64,000 nucleotides of DNA from Aulosira sp. ZfuVER01 (GCA_034530615.2 JAVRCV020000007.1:1-64000), one strand, 5' to 3'. Positions 50,944 through 60,846 are shown, numbered from the stretch's first letter. A program made the numbers and translations. The notes: generated from the sequence alone by a model not told the origin.

Positions 50944-52650
50944 ATGAGATTGAAAAACGACGAGATAGCAATACCTACTACCCTGGAAGCACCACAGCTT
51001 TTCAGTGTCAGTCGCTTGTTTAGTAACCTACGCGGCGATTTAGCGGGAGGACTGACAGCGGCGGTGGTAGCCTTACCTTTAGCATTAGCTTTTGCTGTGG
51101 CTAGTGGTGTGGAACCAAAGGCGGGACTATACACTGCTATTGTGGCAGGAATTGTTGCAGCAATCTTTGGGGGTTCGCCTGTACAGATTACAGGGCCTAC
51201 AGGTGCAATGGCTGTGATTTTGGTGGGAATTGTCGCTAAGTACGGCTTAGAGAAAGTTTGGATTGCTGGGGTAATAGCTGGGATAATCCAGATTGCTTTA
51301 GGGGTTGCTAAACTCGGGCAATTAGTCAAGTTTATTCCTTACCCGGTGACGGCAGGCTTTACTAATGGTATTGCCGTTATTATTTTTTGTGGTCAGTTAA
51401 ATAATTTCTTTGGCTTACAACTACCGCGTCAAGAACATTTTTTGCCGGGACTTTGGCAAAGTTTAACTCATCTAGAAGCGTTAAACTGGGCAGCTGTTGT
51501 ATTAGGAATGCTGGTGATTGCAACCAATATTTTATGGCCCAAGATTAACACTACAATACCAGGTTCTTTAATGGGGCTGGTGTTAGCAACAGCGATCGCA
51601 TCTTATTTACATCTTGATGTCCCCACAATTGGAGCCATTCCCCAAGCTTTACCGATGCTCCAAGGTATTCCCCACTGGAATGATTTTGGCTTGATTCGGG
51701 AACTGATTAATCCAGCTTTGGCTTTAGCAGCACTGGGAAGTATTGAATCGTTACTCTCAGCAGTTGTAGCTGATGGTATGACTGTGAGCGAGAAACACAA
51801 TAGCGATCGCGAATTAATTGGTCAAGGGTTAGCAAATATTATTATTCCATTTTTTGGTGGTATTCCAGCCACAGGTGCGATCGCGCGAACTGCTGTCAAT
51901 GTCCGTTCTGGCGGTAAAACCCGACTGTCTGGGGTAATTCATGGCGTTGCTTTAGCCATTATTGTGTTAACTTTAGCACCCCTAGCAGCGCAGATTCCCT
52001 TAGCAGCACTGGCTGGAATTTTGATGGTGGTTAGTCTGCGGATGATTGAGTGGGAAGCCATTGGCTTACTGCTACGTGCTACCTACTCCGACTTTGCGGT
52101 GATGATTCTCACCTGGTTAGTGACAATATTATTTGACTTGGTTCTCGCTGTTGAAGTGGGATTAATTGCAGCCGGAGCCTTATTTATCAAACGCATGAGC
52201 GATTTAAGCTTGGCGAAAATCCCGGAAACGGAAGTATTTCCCCCTGGTATTCCTCTGGAATTAAGCAAAGAAATTGCGGTGTATCGCGTAGATGGCCCCG
52301 TATTTTTTGGTGCTGCGGAAAGGTTTGTTACCTTTCTACGGGAGCAACCAGAAGTGAAGTATTTAATTCTGCGGTTGCGGTTTGTGCCCAATATGGATAC
52401 GACTGGATTAGTAGCTTTAGAGGATATTTATCACGACTTAGAACGGCATAATTGCCGCTTAATTCTCACAGGTTTACAACCCCAAGTTCAACAATTACTA
52501 GAACGCTCAGGATTGTTAAAAACGATTGGATTATCAAATTGTTTTGAAACAACAACAGATGCTATTTACTCTATAACTCCGCAATCTTCTCAACCTGTAG
52601 CAGCTAATTTTCCATCAAAAGAATTGATGGCATTAAATGATGAAAATTAA
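50944..52650 (+). CDS. SulP/SLC26 inorganic anion transporter with STAS domain
   Basis: GDLAGGLTAAVVALPLALAFA, GPTGAM, ESLLSA, RELIGQGLAN, ATGAIART; STAS GPVFFGAA, DTTGL; ORF from 50893. Confidence 0.93.
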   Translation: MRLKNDEIAIPTTLEAPQLFSVSRLFSNLRGDLAGGLTAAVVALPLALAFAVASGVEPKAGLYTAIVAGIVAAIFGGSPVQITGPTGAMAVILVGIVAKYGLEKVWIAGVIAGIIQIALGVAKLGQLVKFIPYPVTAGFTNGIAVIIFCGQLNNFFGLQLPRQEHFLPGLWQSLTHLEALNWAAVVLGMLVIATNILWPKINTTIPGSLMGLVLATAIASYLHLDVPTIGAIPQALPMLQGIPHWNDFGLIRELINPALALAALGSIESLLSAVVADGMTVSEKHNSDRELIGQGLANIIIPFFGGIPATGAIARTAVNVRSGGKTRLSGVIHGVALAIIVLTLAPLAAQIPLAALAGILMVVSLRMIEWEAIGLLLRATYSDFAVMILTWLVTILFDLVLAVEVGLIAAGALFIKRMSDLSLAKIPETEVFPPGIPLELSKEIAVYRVDGPVFFGAAERFVTFLREQPEVKYLILRLRFVPNMDTTGLVALEDIYHDLERHNCRLILTGLQPQVQQLLERSGLLKTIGLSNCFETTTDAIYSITPQSSQPVAANFPSKELMALNDEN

Positions 52651-52921
52651 CCGCCGATTAAGGGGGATAAACGCCGATTAACGCAGATAAGTTGCGAAGT
52701 TAAAATGTAGCGGCATGACACAACTAAAGTTTGGCATTAGATTTATTGTTTAGAAAGCGCTAAAGCGCAACTACGAACATTTTCTATTGCATCATTTTAG
52801 TTGTGTCAGTGCAGTAGGGTGTGTTATCGCTTTAGCGTAACCCAGTATCAACAATTCTTTTAAATATAGATATTCCCAATTCAAACACGTTAAATACTTC
52901 TGGTAAAAAAGTATAAATTCT

Positions 52922-53977
52922 ATGCATTGTCCCAGCCCAAATTTAATCTTTAATAATCCGAGAAAATTTGTTGAGGGATGGTATTGGGCATTACCATCAC
53001 AAAAGTTAAAGATTGGCAAGGTGAAAGCTGTAACATTACTGGGTAGAAACCTAGCAATTTATCGGGGAGTCAGTGGCCAGGTGGTAGCGGTGGATGCTTA
53101 TTGTCCGCACATGGGCGCACATTTAGCTGAGGGTAAGGTAGAAGGTGATAGTATTCGCTGCTTTTTCCATAATTGGAAATATGATGAACGCGGAATTTGT
53201 ATAGACGTTCCTTCTCAAGGTAAACCTTTACCTGTATGTATCAAAACTTGGTCAACGGCAGAAAAATACGGCATGATTTGGGTGTGGGTAGGAGAAGAAA
53301 AGCCAAGTTCGCTACCTTTTGTCCCAGAATTAGAACAGGTAGACTGTGATTATGTATTGGGGACTCGGTTTATCAAAAACTGCCATCCCAATGTGTTGTT
53401 GATTAATGCGATTGATGCTCACCACTTTAATACAGTTCACAATCTACCTTTAGAAATTGTATTTGATTCCCAAGACTTCAACTCTCACGCTATTACATTC
53501 AGCAATACTACACGCGGTGGTGATGATTCCTGGTTAATCCGTCTGATTCGTCCCTTATACCGCAATGAAGTTACTTATAGTATGTGCTATTGGTATGGCA
53601 GCACTGGTACTGTCACACTAGGGCCAGATTTTCTGCACTTTTACATCATATTTGCGCTGCGAATGACCGAAGGTGGCAAAACCGAAGGGCAAACAATTTT
53701 AGTGACTCCCAAGCGACATGGATATTTAGGATGGGGTGTCAATCGCGCTTTACTGTGGTTAACGCAGCAGGTTGGTAATTACTTCGCTAAAGGCGATACG
53801 CAAGTATTTCAGACAATTCAGTTTGATTTGAAGACACCCACCAAAGCAGATCAATCGATTCTGCAATTTATCCAGCACGTTAATTGCCAAAAAGCCTTAA
53901 GTTGGGGAACCTGGGAAGTTGTTGATAATCCAGAAAAGAGCGATCGCTCTTCTTCATCTACCTCTGTAATGTTTTAG
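52922..53977 (+). CDS. Rieske non-heme iron oxygenase
   Basis: YCPHMGAHL...RCFFHNW; NAIDAHHFNTVH; GDTQVF. Confidence 0.92.
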   Translation: MHCPSPNLIFNNPRKFVEGWYWALPSQKLKIGKVKAVTLLGRNLAIYRGVSGQVVAVDAYCPHMGAHLAEGKVEGDSIRCFFHNWKYDERGICIDVPSQGKPLPVCIKTWSTAEKYGMIWVWVGEEKPSSLPFVPELEQVDCDYVLGTRFIKNCHPNVLLINAIDAHHFNTVHNLPLEIVFDSQDFNSHAITFSNTTRGGDDSWLIRLIRPLYRNEVTYSMCYWYGSTGTVTLGPDFLHFYIIFALRMTEGGKTEGQTILVTPKRHGYLGWGVNRALLWLTQQVGNYFAKGDTQVFQTIQFDLKTPTKADQSILQFIQHVNCQKALSWGTWEVVDNPEKSDRSSSSTSVMF

Positions 53978-53978
53978 C

Positions 53979-54887
53979 ATGACTAACATATATAACATTG
54001 CCGGACTCGACCTGCCGCACGCAGCCCCCGATAACCGATTGCGACGTATACTCAAAGCAGCATTGCCAAATCACAGCAATAATTCTCCGCAGCAGCAATC
54101 AGATTATTGGGATGCGAAATTTTTCAACTTGCATCAAGTCCAAATCTTTCAACAAGCAAGTATAGCCGAACAATCTGCCATACTTGGACTTACTAATCGC
54201 AGCCTGTTAGAGGAATCTTATTTTATTGAGAAAGTAGGCATTGGCTATATGGCAAAGATGGTACTGTTAGCAGAAACAGTTGAGGAGCGAATGCTCTATG
54301 CAATGTTTAGCGCTGATGAAGCTACCCACCTCAACCAAATAACCAATTTTTTACCAGAATCAGAACCAACTAACAGCAACGATCCATTTCTGAGTTTACT
54401 AGCCCAAGTTGTTGAAAGTGCAGACAAAACAGTATTGTTATTTGTGCTTCAGGTAGTACTAGAAGGATGGGGTTTAAGCCATTACCGACGCCTAGCCAAA
54501 GAATGCCACAATCCAGTCTTGGCAGAAGTGTTCGCCAGTTTCCTACACGCAGAAGCACGCCATCACGGTACAGGAACCACCTTATTTAACCAAAATCCAG
54601 TTTCAGCTGACAGCCAAGCAACCATCCTTGATGTGTTGGCAAAATTTCTGTTTATGGTGCAAGTGGGGCCGCAAAACGTCTTATCAGCCATTGAACAAAT
54701 CAAAGGACATCTGACGCGATCGCAAAAAATCCAAATCCTCGAACAATTAGACACCCAAACCCATAGTGGAACCAGATTACAAATATTGCGATCGCTCATA
54801 CAACCAACATCAGCAAAAACCATCCTCCAAACCCTAGATGAACAAGGAGCCTTTGCACCCCTCCCCCCTCATCAATGCGTATATTAA
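53979..54887 (+). CDS. Ferritin-like diiron-carboxylate protein
   Basis: IEK...DEATH...LEGWG...AEARH (E..ExxH twice). Confidence 0.82.
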   Translation: MTNIYNIAGLDLPHAAPDNRLRRILKAALPNHSNNSPQQQSDYWDAKFFNLHQVQIFQQASIAEQSAILGLTNRSLLEESYFIEKVGIGYMAKMVLLAETVEERMLYAMFSADEATHLNQITNFLPESEPTNSNDPFLSLLAQVVESADKTVLLFVLQVVLEGWGLSHYRRLAKECHNPVLAEVFASFLHAEARHHGTGTTLFNQNPVSADSQATILDVLAKFLFMVQVGPQNVLSAIEQIKGHLTRSQKIQILEQLDTQTHSGTRLQILRSLIQPTSAKTILQTLDEQGAFAPLPPHQCVY

Positions 54888-55022
54888 AAATTCACAGATA
54901 CCTCTAATCAAACCTCTGCGTCACTTTGTCTTGAAAAGTTTCCTACGCCGGGAAACCCGGCTTCGAGGAACTTTTCGCTGCGTAAACCTCCGCGCCACTC
55001 TGCGTTAAAAATAAAATCTTTT

Positions 55023-56201
55023 ATGGAAACTACTACATCCAAACTATCAGATAACCCAACTACCTATCGCAAACTACAAATTAACCACACCCGCAACAAA
55101 CAGCAGGATCATACCGCTTTAATGGATGAAGCAACCGCCAAATTCCACTACAAAGATTGCCAAAACGAATATTGGAACCCCGAAGAATTTTCCCTACTTT
55201 ACGGTACACCTTTATGGGAGCAATCCAGCCAACACCAGCGCATTATCTTAAACCAACTTTACTGGGTAGCATACTACTCACAAATCGTTTCCGCCGAGAT
55301 TGCAACCATCTATTTTAATCAAACTAGTGCAGCCGGACTTTACGCTCAAGAAGACTTTCGCTTAATTTGCGATACCTTAGATTTAGAATCCTCGCAAGAA
55401 CGGGCGCACATTAACGCCTTTCGCACAATTGCCAAACAAGTTGAGCAAGCATTATTTGGGGAACTCATATTCACTTACCCCATGCGCGGCCCCTTTACCG
55501 AAACGATGGTTTATGCCGATACTAACGCCTTAAAAACTTGGTGGAAAAAGATTCAATTACAATACTTTGGCTTGATTTCTGCAAATAATACCTTTTTGGC
55601 TTGTCAATATTTCACAGTCCGAGGAGTGCGGACACTCAATGGCAAATTAGTACAGCACAAACTCAGCAATTATTATCAAAAGCATCCTCATCAAAATACT
55701 ACTCCAATTCCTGCCAAAATCTCTTACTATCACTTTTTGGATGAAAGCTTTCACTTCAATAGTTCGACAATTTTATCTCACGATGTTGTCACTTGCCTTC
55801 CTACACCAACTGCATTTGAACGACTAGTTGCTAATTTAGGATTGCTAGGATGTCAGCGCGATCACTTTCACTTTTCATCGGCAATTAACGGGATTTTTTG
55901 GTACGATCCAGCGCTATATTCTCAGATTTATCGCGTGCTGATATCGCCCATTTTTGCTATGAGCGACAAGGATGCTAAAGAAATGATCCGCCGCTGTTTT
56001 ACAGAAGAGTCAGAAGGGCTGCATCGTAGCTTTTTAACTCATCAAGAAGCAATGGCGTCTTATAAAGTGTATGTGGAAAAACTCGATTACCTTTGGCATA
56101 GGAATCGAGAAATGTCACTCATGGCGTATAATTCAATTCCTCAATATTTGGCGACTCAACAAAAAGCTTTTCAACGTTTTAAACAGCAGGTTCAAGTATA
56201 A
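55023..56201 (+). CDS. AurF/CylC-like dimetal-carboxylate enzyme (candidate halogenase or N-oxygenase)
   Basis: YW.PE.SLLYGTPLWE.SS..Q...LNQLYW, SAE, LDLESSQERAHI, HFLDESFH (ExxH plus HxxDExxH). Confidence 0.75.
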   Translation: METTTSKLSDNPTTYRKLQINHTRNKQQDHTALMDEATAKFHYKDCQNEYWNPEEFSLLYGTPLWEQSSQHQRIILNQLYWVAYYSQIVSAEIATIYFNQTSAAGLYAQEDFRLICDTLDLESSQERAHINAFRTIAKQVEQALFGELIFTYPMRGPFTETMVYADTNALKTWWKKIQLQYFGLISANNTFLACQYFTVRGVRTLNGKLVQHKLSNYYQKHPHQNTTPIPAKISYYHFLDESFHFNSSTILSHDVVTCLPTPTAFERLVANLGLLGCQRDHFHFSSAINGIFWYDPALYSQIYRVLISPIFAMSDKDAKEMIRRCFTEESEGLHRSFLTHQEAMASYKVYVEKLDYLWHRNREMSLMAYNSIPQYLATQQKAFQRFKQQVQV

Positions 56202-56273
56202 CGATATCCAAGAAAAACTCCTCAAGACGCAATTACACCTCCTGACTTGAAGGAGCAAGGGGAGATGGGGAGG

Positions 56274-56493
56274 CCTGACAAGTGTAGGTTTTTTACAGCA
56301 ACGCGGAAAATGGGACAAGGGGAGCCACTGCGTTGCGCGGGTTTCCAAGGCACTCCGTTGGGCAGCTTCGCCGACTTGAAGGAAGTGCCGTCGCGTTGTA
56401 GCAAGTGGCGTGGACAAGGAAGAAAAAGCCTTATTCCTATGTTCAAATGAGAGTGCTAACTCACCCTTTTTTGTAAAACCTACACCTGTGAGC
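56274..56493. mobile_element. 220-bp MITE with imperfect TIRs and near-perfect 9-bp TSD, carrying nested hairpin repeats
   Basis: CCTGACAAGTGTAGGTTTTTTACA ... TGTAAAACCTACACCTGTGAGC; flanks ATGGGGAGG (56265-73) and ATGGGGAAG (56494-502). Confidence 0.72.
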
Positions 56494-56622
56494 ATGGGGA
56501 AGCTGGAGGAGAAAAACACTTTCATGCTTGGCAATGAAAAAATTTCATTGGGACTGCCTTATTTTCAAGCTAGCGTCGGATTTTGGTAGCCAACATTGCA
56601 AAAAAACTTAACACACATTTTA

Positions 56623-56672
56623 TGCACACGTGTGCAAAAATAAAATCATCGACTAATGCACACGTGTGCATT
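56623..56672. promoter_or_regulatory. Two perfect palindromic operators TGCACACGTGTGCA (LacI/GalR-type; HrmR/FrtR candidate)
   Basis: Copies at 56623-56636 and 56657-56670 (second extends to an 18-bp palindrome 56655-56672), 30-80 bp upstream of the inositol oxygenase ATG. Confidence 0.8.
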
Positions 56673-56702
56673 GACAATCAAACAACCATTTAAAAACCCG
56701 AT

Positions 56703-57596
56703 ATGTCTCGCACACTAAATGCCATAGAGCAAGCTCAAAACCATCCCTTACATTCCCTAGAAGAATGGGAACAAGACTTACTCAATCGCTATCCCGATCC
56801 AGAAAGCATAGTTAAAGAAGGTAAGGCTAGCGCAGAGTACAGAAATTATGAAACTACTACTAGAGATACTGTTAAAGAATTTTATCGATTAAATCATATT
56901 AATCAAACCTATGATTTCGTATTAAAGAAAGAAGAAGATTTTTCTAAGTTTGATAAGAAAGAAATGTCAATTTGGGATGCTTTGGAATTTTTGAATCAAT
57001 TAGTAGATGATTCAGATCCAGATACAGACTTAGACCAATTACAACACTTGTTACAAACATCAGAAGCTATTCGTGCTGATGGTCATCCTGACTGGATGGT
57101 ACTTACCGGCTTTTTCCATGATATGGGGAAAGTACTTTGTCTGTTTGGTGAACCTCAATGGGCGACTGTAGGCGATACCTATCCTGTAGGTTGTGCATTC
57201 TCTGACAAAATTGTTTTCTCGGAATTTTTTCAAGAGAATCCGGATTACAATAACCCAAAATATAACACTAAATATGGTGTTTATCAGTCGAATTGTGGAT
57301 TGAGTAATGTACATATGTCATGGGGACATGATGAGTATTTTTATCGCATCATGAAACCCTATTTACCTGAACCTGCATTGTACATCCTCCGCTATCACTC
57401 ATTTTATCCGCAACATCGAGAAAATGCATACGAACATTTGATGGATGAACGCGATCGCGAAATGTTTAAGTGGGTGAAGTTATTCAATCCCTACGATTTG
57501 TATTCTAAAAATCCTAATCCTCCAGATTGGCAACAACTCAAGCCATTCTATGAAGATTTAGTGGCTAAATATTTACCCCCGACCATCAAATTCTAA
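56703..57596 (+). CDS. hrmE: myo-inositol oxygenase family protein (hrmE-like)
   Basis: FYRLNHINQT, LVDDSDPD, HLLQTSEAIR, FHDMGK, QWATVGDTYPVGC, MSWGHDEY, RYHSFYP, FNPYDLYSK. Confidence 0.88.
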   Translation: MSRTLNAIEQAQNHPLHSLEEWEQDLLNRYPDPESIVKEGKASAEYRNYETTTRDTVKEFYRLNHINQTYDFVLKKEEDFSKFDKKEMSIWDALEFLNQLVDDSDPDTDLDQLQHLLQTSEAIRADGHPDWMVLTGFFHDMGKVLCLFGEPQWATVGDTYPVGCAFSDKIVFSEFFQENPDYNNPKYNTKYGVYQSNCGLSNVHMSWGHDEYFYRIMKPYLPEPALYILRYHSFYPQHRENAYEHLMDERDREMFKWVKLFNPYDLYSKNPNPPDWQQLKPFYEDLVAKYLPPTIKF

Positions 57597-58527
57597 AGCT
57601 TCAATAGTAACAAAGGTAAGGGTCAGAACACTACACACACATCATATTTAATAGAGCTTGTTGTGCATCATGTTTAAAAGTGATTGAGCAAGCTTAAATC
57701 AGGTGAAGTGTTTCCAAAACTGAACTGCGTCTTGGCAAAGGTAAACTTATAAAACGAGTGTGTAGATGTGCTGGCGCAACAATTAGTCCACAAGTTTTGT
57801 ATTTAGCGCTATTTTATTACGTTAGGTAGAGGAAAATCATAAATTTTTGTAATATTAACCTCTGGAATAGCGATAACAACTTCTGTTAACCAGCATAATT
57901 GGCTCAAGCCGGAAAACAATACGGCAGGCTTTTCAGGCAAATTGCTGTACTTATTATACATGAACATGTCTGTTATTTCTGTTTAATACTTTACGGTTGT
58001 TCAATAATAATGAGCAAACAGCTTACTTGCAAAAATCTAGAATTGTCAATCGAATATTTACCTACCATGCTGTTAACTTTTATGAATGTGTCTGAAAGTG
58101 TGGGGATGAATTTAGTTAAACTGATAAATAAGCTTAAATCTGCTTATATATCAGCGATACCTCTCTAGAAATAGAGAAATAAAATACTCTTATTCCTTGA
58201 GGAAAAGTGTTTTGAGAAAAGAGGTTTATTTTGGCTGGCTTACAAAATAAACGCATAAAACTCGTCTTTATTCACATACTTTCAAATACAGATCACAAAA
58301 AAATGTAAAGATTTGAAGGATTTGAAAGAGTCTAGTTTTGCTTTAAATCCCAAAAAATTTATTTAGTGGAACTCTGAGAAATAACTCAAATCAAGTTAAA
58401 ACACAACAGATTTGAGCAGAGTTTAACTCTCAAAAGTTAGCAGTGCCACTAACTTAGGTCTGAAGTCTTCAGGCCTAGTAGATATTGTGGTGACATTGCA
58501 GATATTTAAATGCGTTTTTGGATATAG

Positions 58528-59541
58528 ATGAATATGAAGAGAATGGCGATCGCAGTTAGCATCTTAGGTTTAATCAGTGGTACTGTTGTTGGTTGCTCAA
58601 ATGGCACTGACAACGACAACGCTGCTACTAACACTGATACCAATACTGCTATCAACACTAGCGCCCACAGTACAGAGAACGGGAAATTACGAACCATTGG
58701 TGTTAGCCTGGGTGACTTAGGTAATCCTTTTTATGTAGCAGTGCAGAAAGGCGCTGAGAGACAAGCCAAGAAAATAGGGAATGGTATCAGAGTTAATTCG
58801 GTTTCCAGTGGCTTTGACCTCAACCAACAAACTAACCAAATCGAAAATTTCACCGCCGCGAATACTGACCTAATTATCCTCAGTGCGGTGGACAAAAAAG
58901 GCGTCAAACCAGCAATCGACCAAGCCAGAAAAGCAGGTAGGGTTGTGGTTGCGGTAGATTCAGCCGTTGATGCAGATGTGGATGCAATGATTAGCTCCAA
59001 CAATACCCAAGCTGGAGAGGTTGCTTGCAAATATATAGGCGATCGCCTTAAAGGTCAAGGTAATGTAGTCATCCTCAACGGTACGCAGATGGACTCCATA
59101 GTCCAGCGCGTTGAAGGCTGTATGACTTCATTGTCCAAATATCCGGGAATCAAAATCCTCTCTAAAGATCAGAATGCAGAAGGGACAAGGGATGGCGGAC
59201 TCAGAGTTATGACAGACTTGCTCACAACCTTTCCCAAGATTGATGCGGTTTTTGCCACTAACGATCAGAGTGGGGTAGGCGCAGATTTAGCCGCCAAGCA
59301 AGCAAGACGCAAAGAATTTTTTATTGTTGGGGTTGACGGTTCGCCAGATGCAACCAAAGCAATGGAAGACAAAGATGGTGTATTTGCGGCAACTGCTGCT
59401 CAAAATCCAGCAGGGATGGCTGAACAAGCGGTTCAAGTTGGTAACGATGTCATCCAAGGCAAAAAACTGAGTAATCCCAACATTCTGGTTCCAGTCAAGT
59501 TAGTCACCCGTGAGAACCTTAGCAGCTATCAAGGCTGGTAG
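58528..59541 (+). CDS. Monosaccharide ABC transporter substrate-binding lipoprotein 1 (RbsB/FrtA-like)
   Basis: Lipobox VVGC; LGNPFY, VVAVD, VFATND, IVGVDG, TAAQNP. Confidence 0.92.
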   Translation: MNMKRMAIAVSILGLISGTVVGCSNGTDNDNAATNTDTNTAINTSAHSTENGKLRTIGVSLGDLGNPFYVAVQKGAERQAKKIGNGIRVNSVSSGFDLNQQTNQIENFTAANTDLIILSAVDKKGVKPAIDQARKAGRVVVAVDSAVDADVDAMISSNNTQAGEVACKYIGDRLKGQGNVVILNGTQMDSIVQRVEGCMTSLSKYPGIKILSKDQNAEGTRDGGLRVMTDLLTTFPKIDAVFATNDQSGVGADLAAKQARRKEFFIVGVDGSPDATKAMEDKDGVFAATAAQNPAGMAEQAVQVGNDVIQGKKLSNPNILVPVKLVTRENLSSYQGW

Positions 59542-59544
59542 TGA

Positions 59545-59626
59545 AGAGGTAGGGAGCAGAGAAGGGGGACAAGGGGGACAAGGAAGACAAGGGGGAAATA
59601 ACCAATGCCCAATGCCCCATGCCCAA
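59545..59626 (+). repeat. GGGGACAAG plus CCCAATG/CCCCATG composite repeat
   Basis: Spacer between the two binding-protein genes; similar block at ~60690-60810. Confidence 0.8.
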
Positions 59627-59652
59627 CTCAAAAACTTTTTTAATGAGGAGAT

Positions 59653-60687
59653 ATGAATGTGAACAAGATTGCGATCGCAGCTAGCATATTAGGCATTCTC
59701 AGTGGTACTGTGATTGGTTGCTCAAATGGCGCTCAAACTGACAATACTGCTACTAACACGGATACTAACACAACCACCAAGACTGCTAGCAATACTAGTG
59801 CCCAGACAAAGACTACCACTGGAGACAAACAATTACGCTCGGTAGCTTTCACCGCTGGGGATTTAAGTAACCCCTTTTTCGTCCTGATGGGTAAGGAAAT
59901 TGAGGCAGAAGCCAAGAAAATCGGCGGCAATGATGTCAAAGTTAGTGTGGTTTCCAGTGCCTATGACCTCAACCAACAAGCCAACCAAATTGAAAACTTT
60001 ACGGCTTCCAATACTGATGTGATTATCCTGAATGCTGCTGATAAAAGTGGCATTAAGCCCGCTGTGGATAAAGCCAAGCAAGCAGGTAGAGTCGTAGTTG
60101 CAGTAGATACAGGTGCAGAGGGAGTAGACGCCACCGTTACCACTAACAATGTGCAAGCGGGAGAAGTTGCTTGTCAATATATTGCTGACCGCCTCAAAGG
60201 CAAAGGCAATATGGTAATCGTCAATGGCCCGGCGGTGGACTCAGTGATTCAACGAGTGAGTGGCTGCGAGAAAGTAATAGCCAAATATCCTGATATCAAA
60301 ATCCTCTCCAAAAACCAGAATGCAGAAGGCAGTCGGGATGGCGGACTGAGAGTGATGACTGACCTACTGACAACCTTCCCTAAGATAGATGCTGTGTTTG
60401 CCATCAACGATCCGAGTGGAGTAGGAGCAGAACTAGCAGCGATCCAAGCACAACGCAAGGATTTCTTTATTGTTGGGGTCGATGGTGCGCCAGAAGCAAT
60501 CAAAGCGATCGCCAATAAAGATGGTATCTATGCGGCGACTGCTACCCAAAATCCACGAGGGATGGCTAGAGAAGCAGTGAAGGTGGGCAACGACATCTTA
60601 CACGGTAAAAAACCGCCTAATTCCACCATTCTGATTCCAGTCAAGCTGATCACAAAAGATAACGTTGCTACAGAAAAAGGCTGGTAA
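59653..60687 (+). CDS. Monosaccharide ABC transporter substrate-binding lipoprotein 2
   Basis: Paralog of 58528-59541; lipobox VIGC; GAGGAG RBS. Confidence 0.92.
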   Translation: MNVNKIAIAASILGILSGTVIGCSNGAQTDNTATNTDTNTTTKTASNTSAQTKTTTGDKQLRSVAFTAGDLSNPFFVLMGKEIEAEAKKIGGNDVKVSVVSSAYDLNQQANQIENFTASNTDVIILNAADKSGIKPAVDKAKQAGRVVVAVDTGAEGVDATVTTNNVQAGEVACQYIADRLKGKGNMVIVNGPAVDSVIQRVSGCEKVIAKYPDIKILSKNQNAEGSRDGGLRVMTDLLTTFPKIDAVFAINDPSGVGAELAAIQAQRKDFFIVGVDGAPEAIKAIANKDGIYAATATQNPRGMAREAVKVGNDILHGKKPPNSTILIPVKLITKDNVATEKGW

Positions 60688-60846
60688 GGAGAAAAGGCAA
60701 GGGAGCAGGGAGCAGGGGACAAGGGGGACAAGGGGGATGAGAGAGAAATAACTAAGAACTCTGGACTCTTGACCAATGCCCAATGCCCCATGCCCCATGC
60801 CCCATGCCCACTCACAAATTTTAAATTGTGTTTACAGGATGTGTTC

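Noticed and set aside
52083..52391. Antisense ORFs inside long genes (this one, 24046-24474, 50922-51329 and many others)
   Set aside because: Shadow frames of well-supported genes on the opposite strand
56133..56534. Three overlapping ORFs (133, 74, 67 aa)
   Set aside because: They span the MITE and nested repeats; no protein motifs
57899..58168. 89-aa ORF upstream of the sugar ABC genes
   Set aside because: TTG start, no RBS or motif; probably promoter DNA
60769..60846. N-terminal extension of the ABC ATPase ([14 protein letters not shown]...)
   Set aside because: Encoded by heptamer repeats; ATG 60847 is the more plausible start
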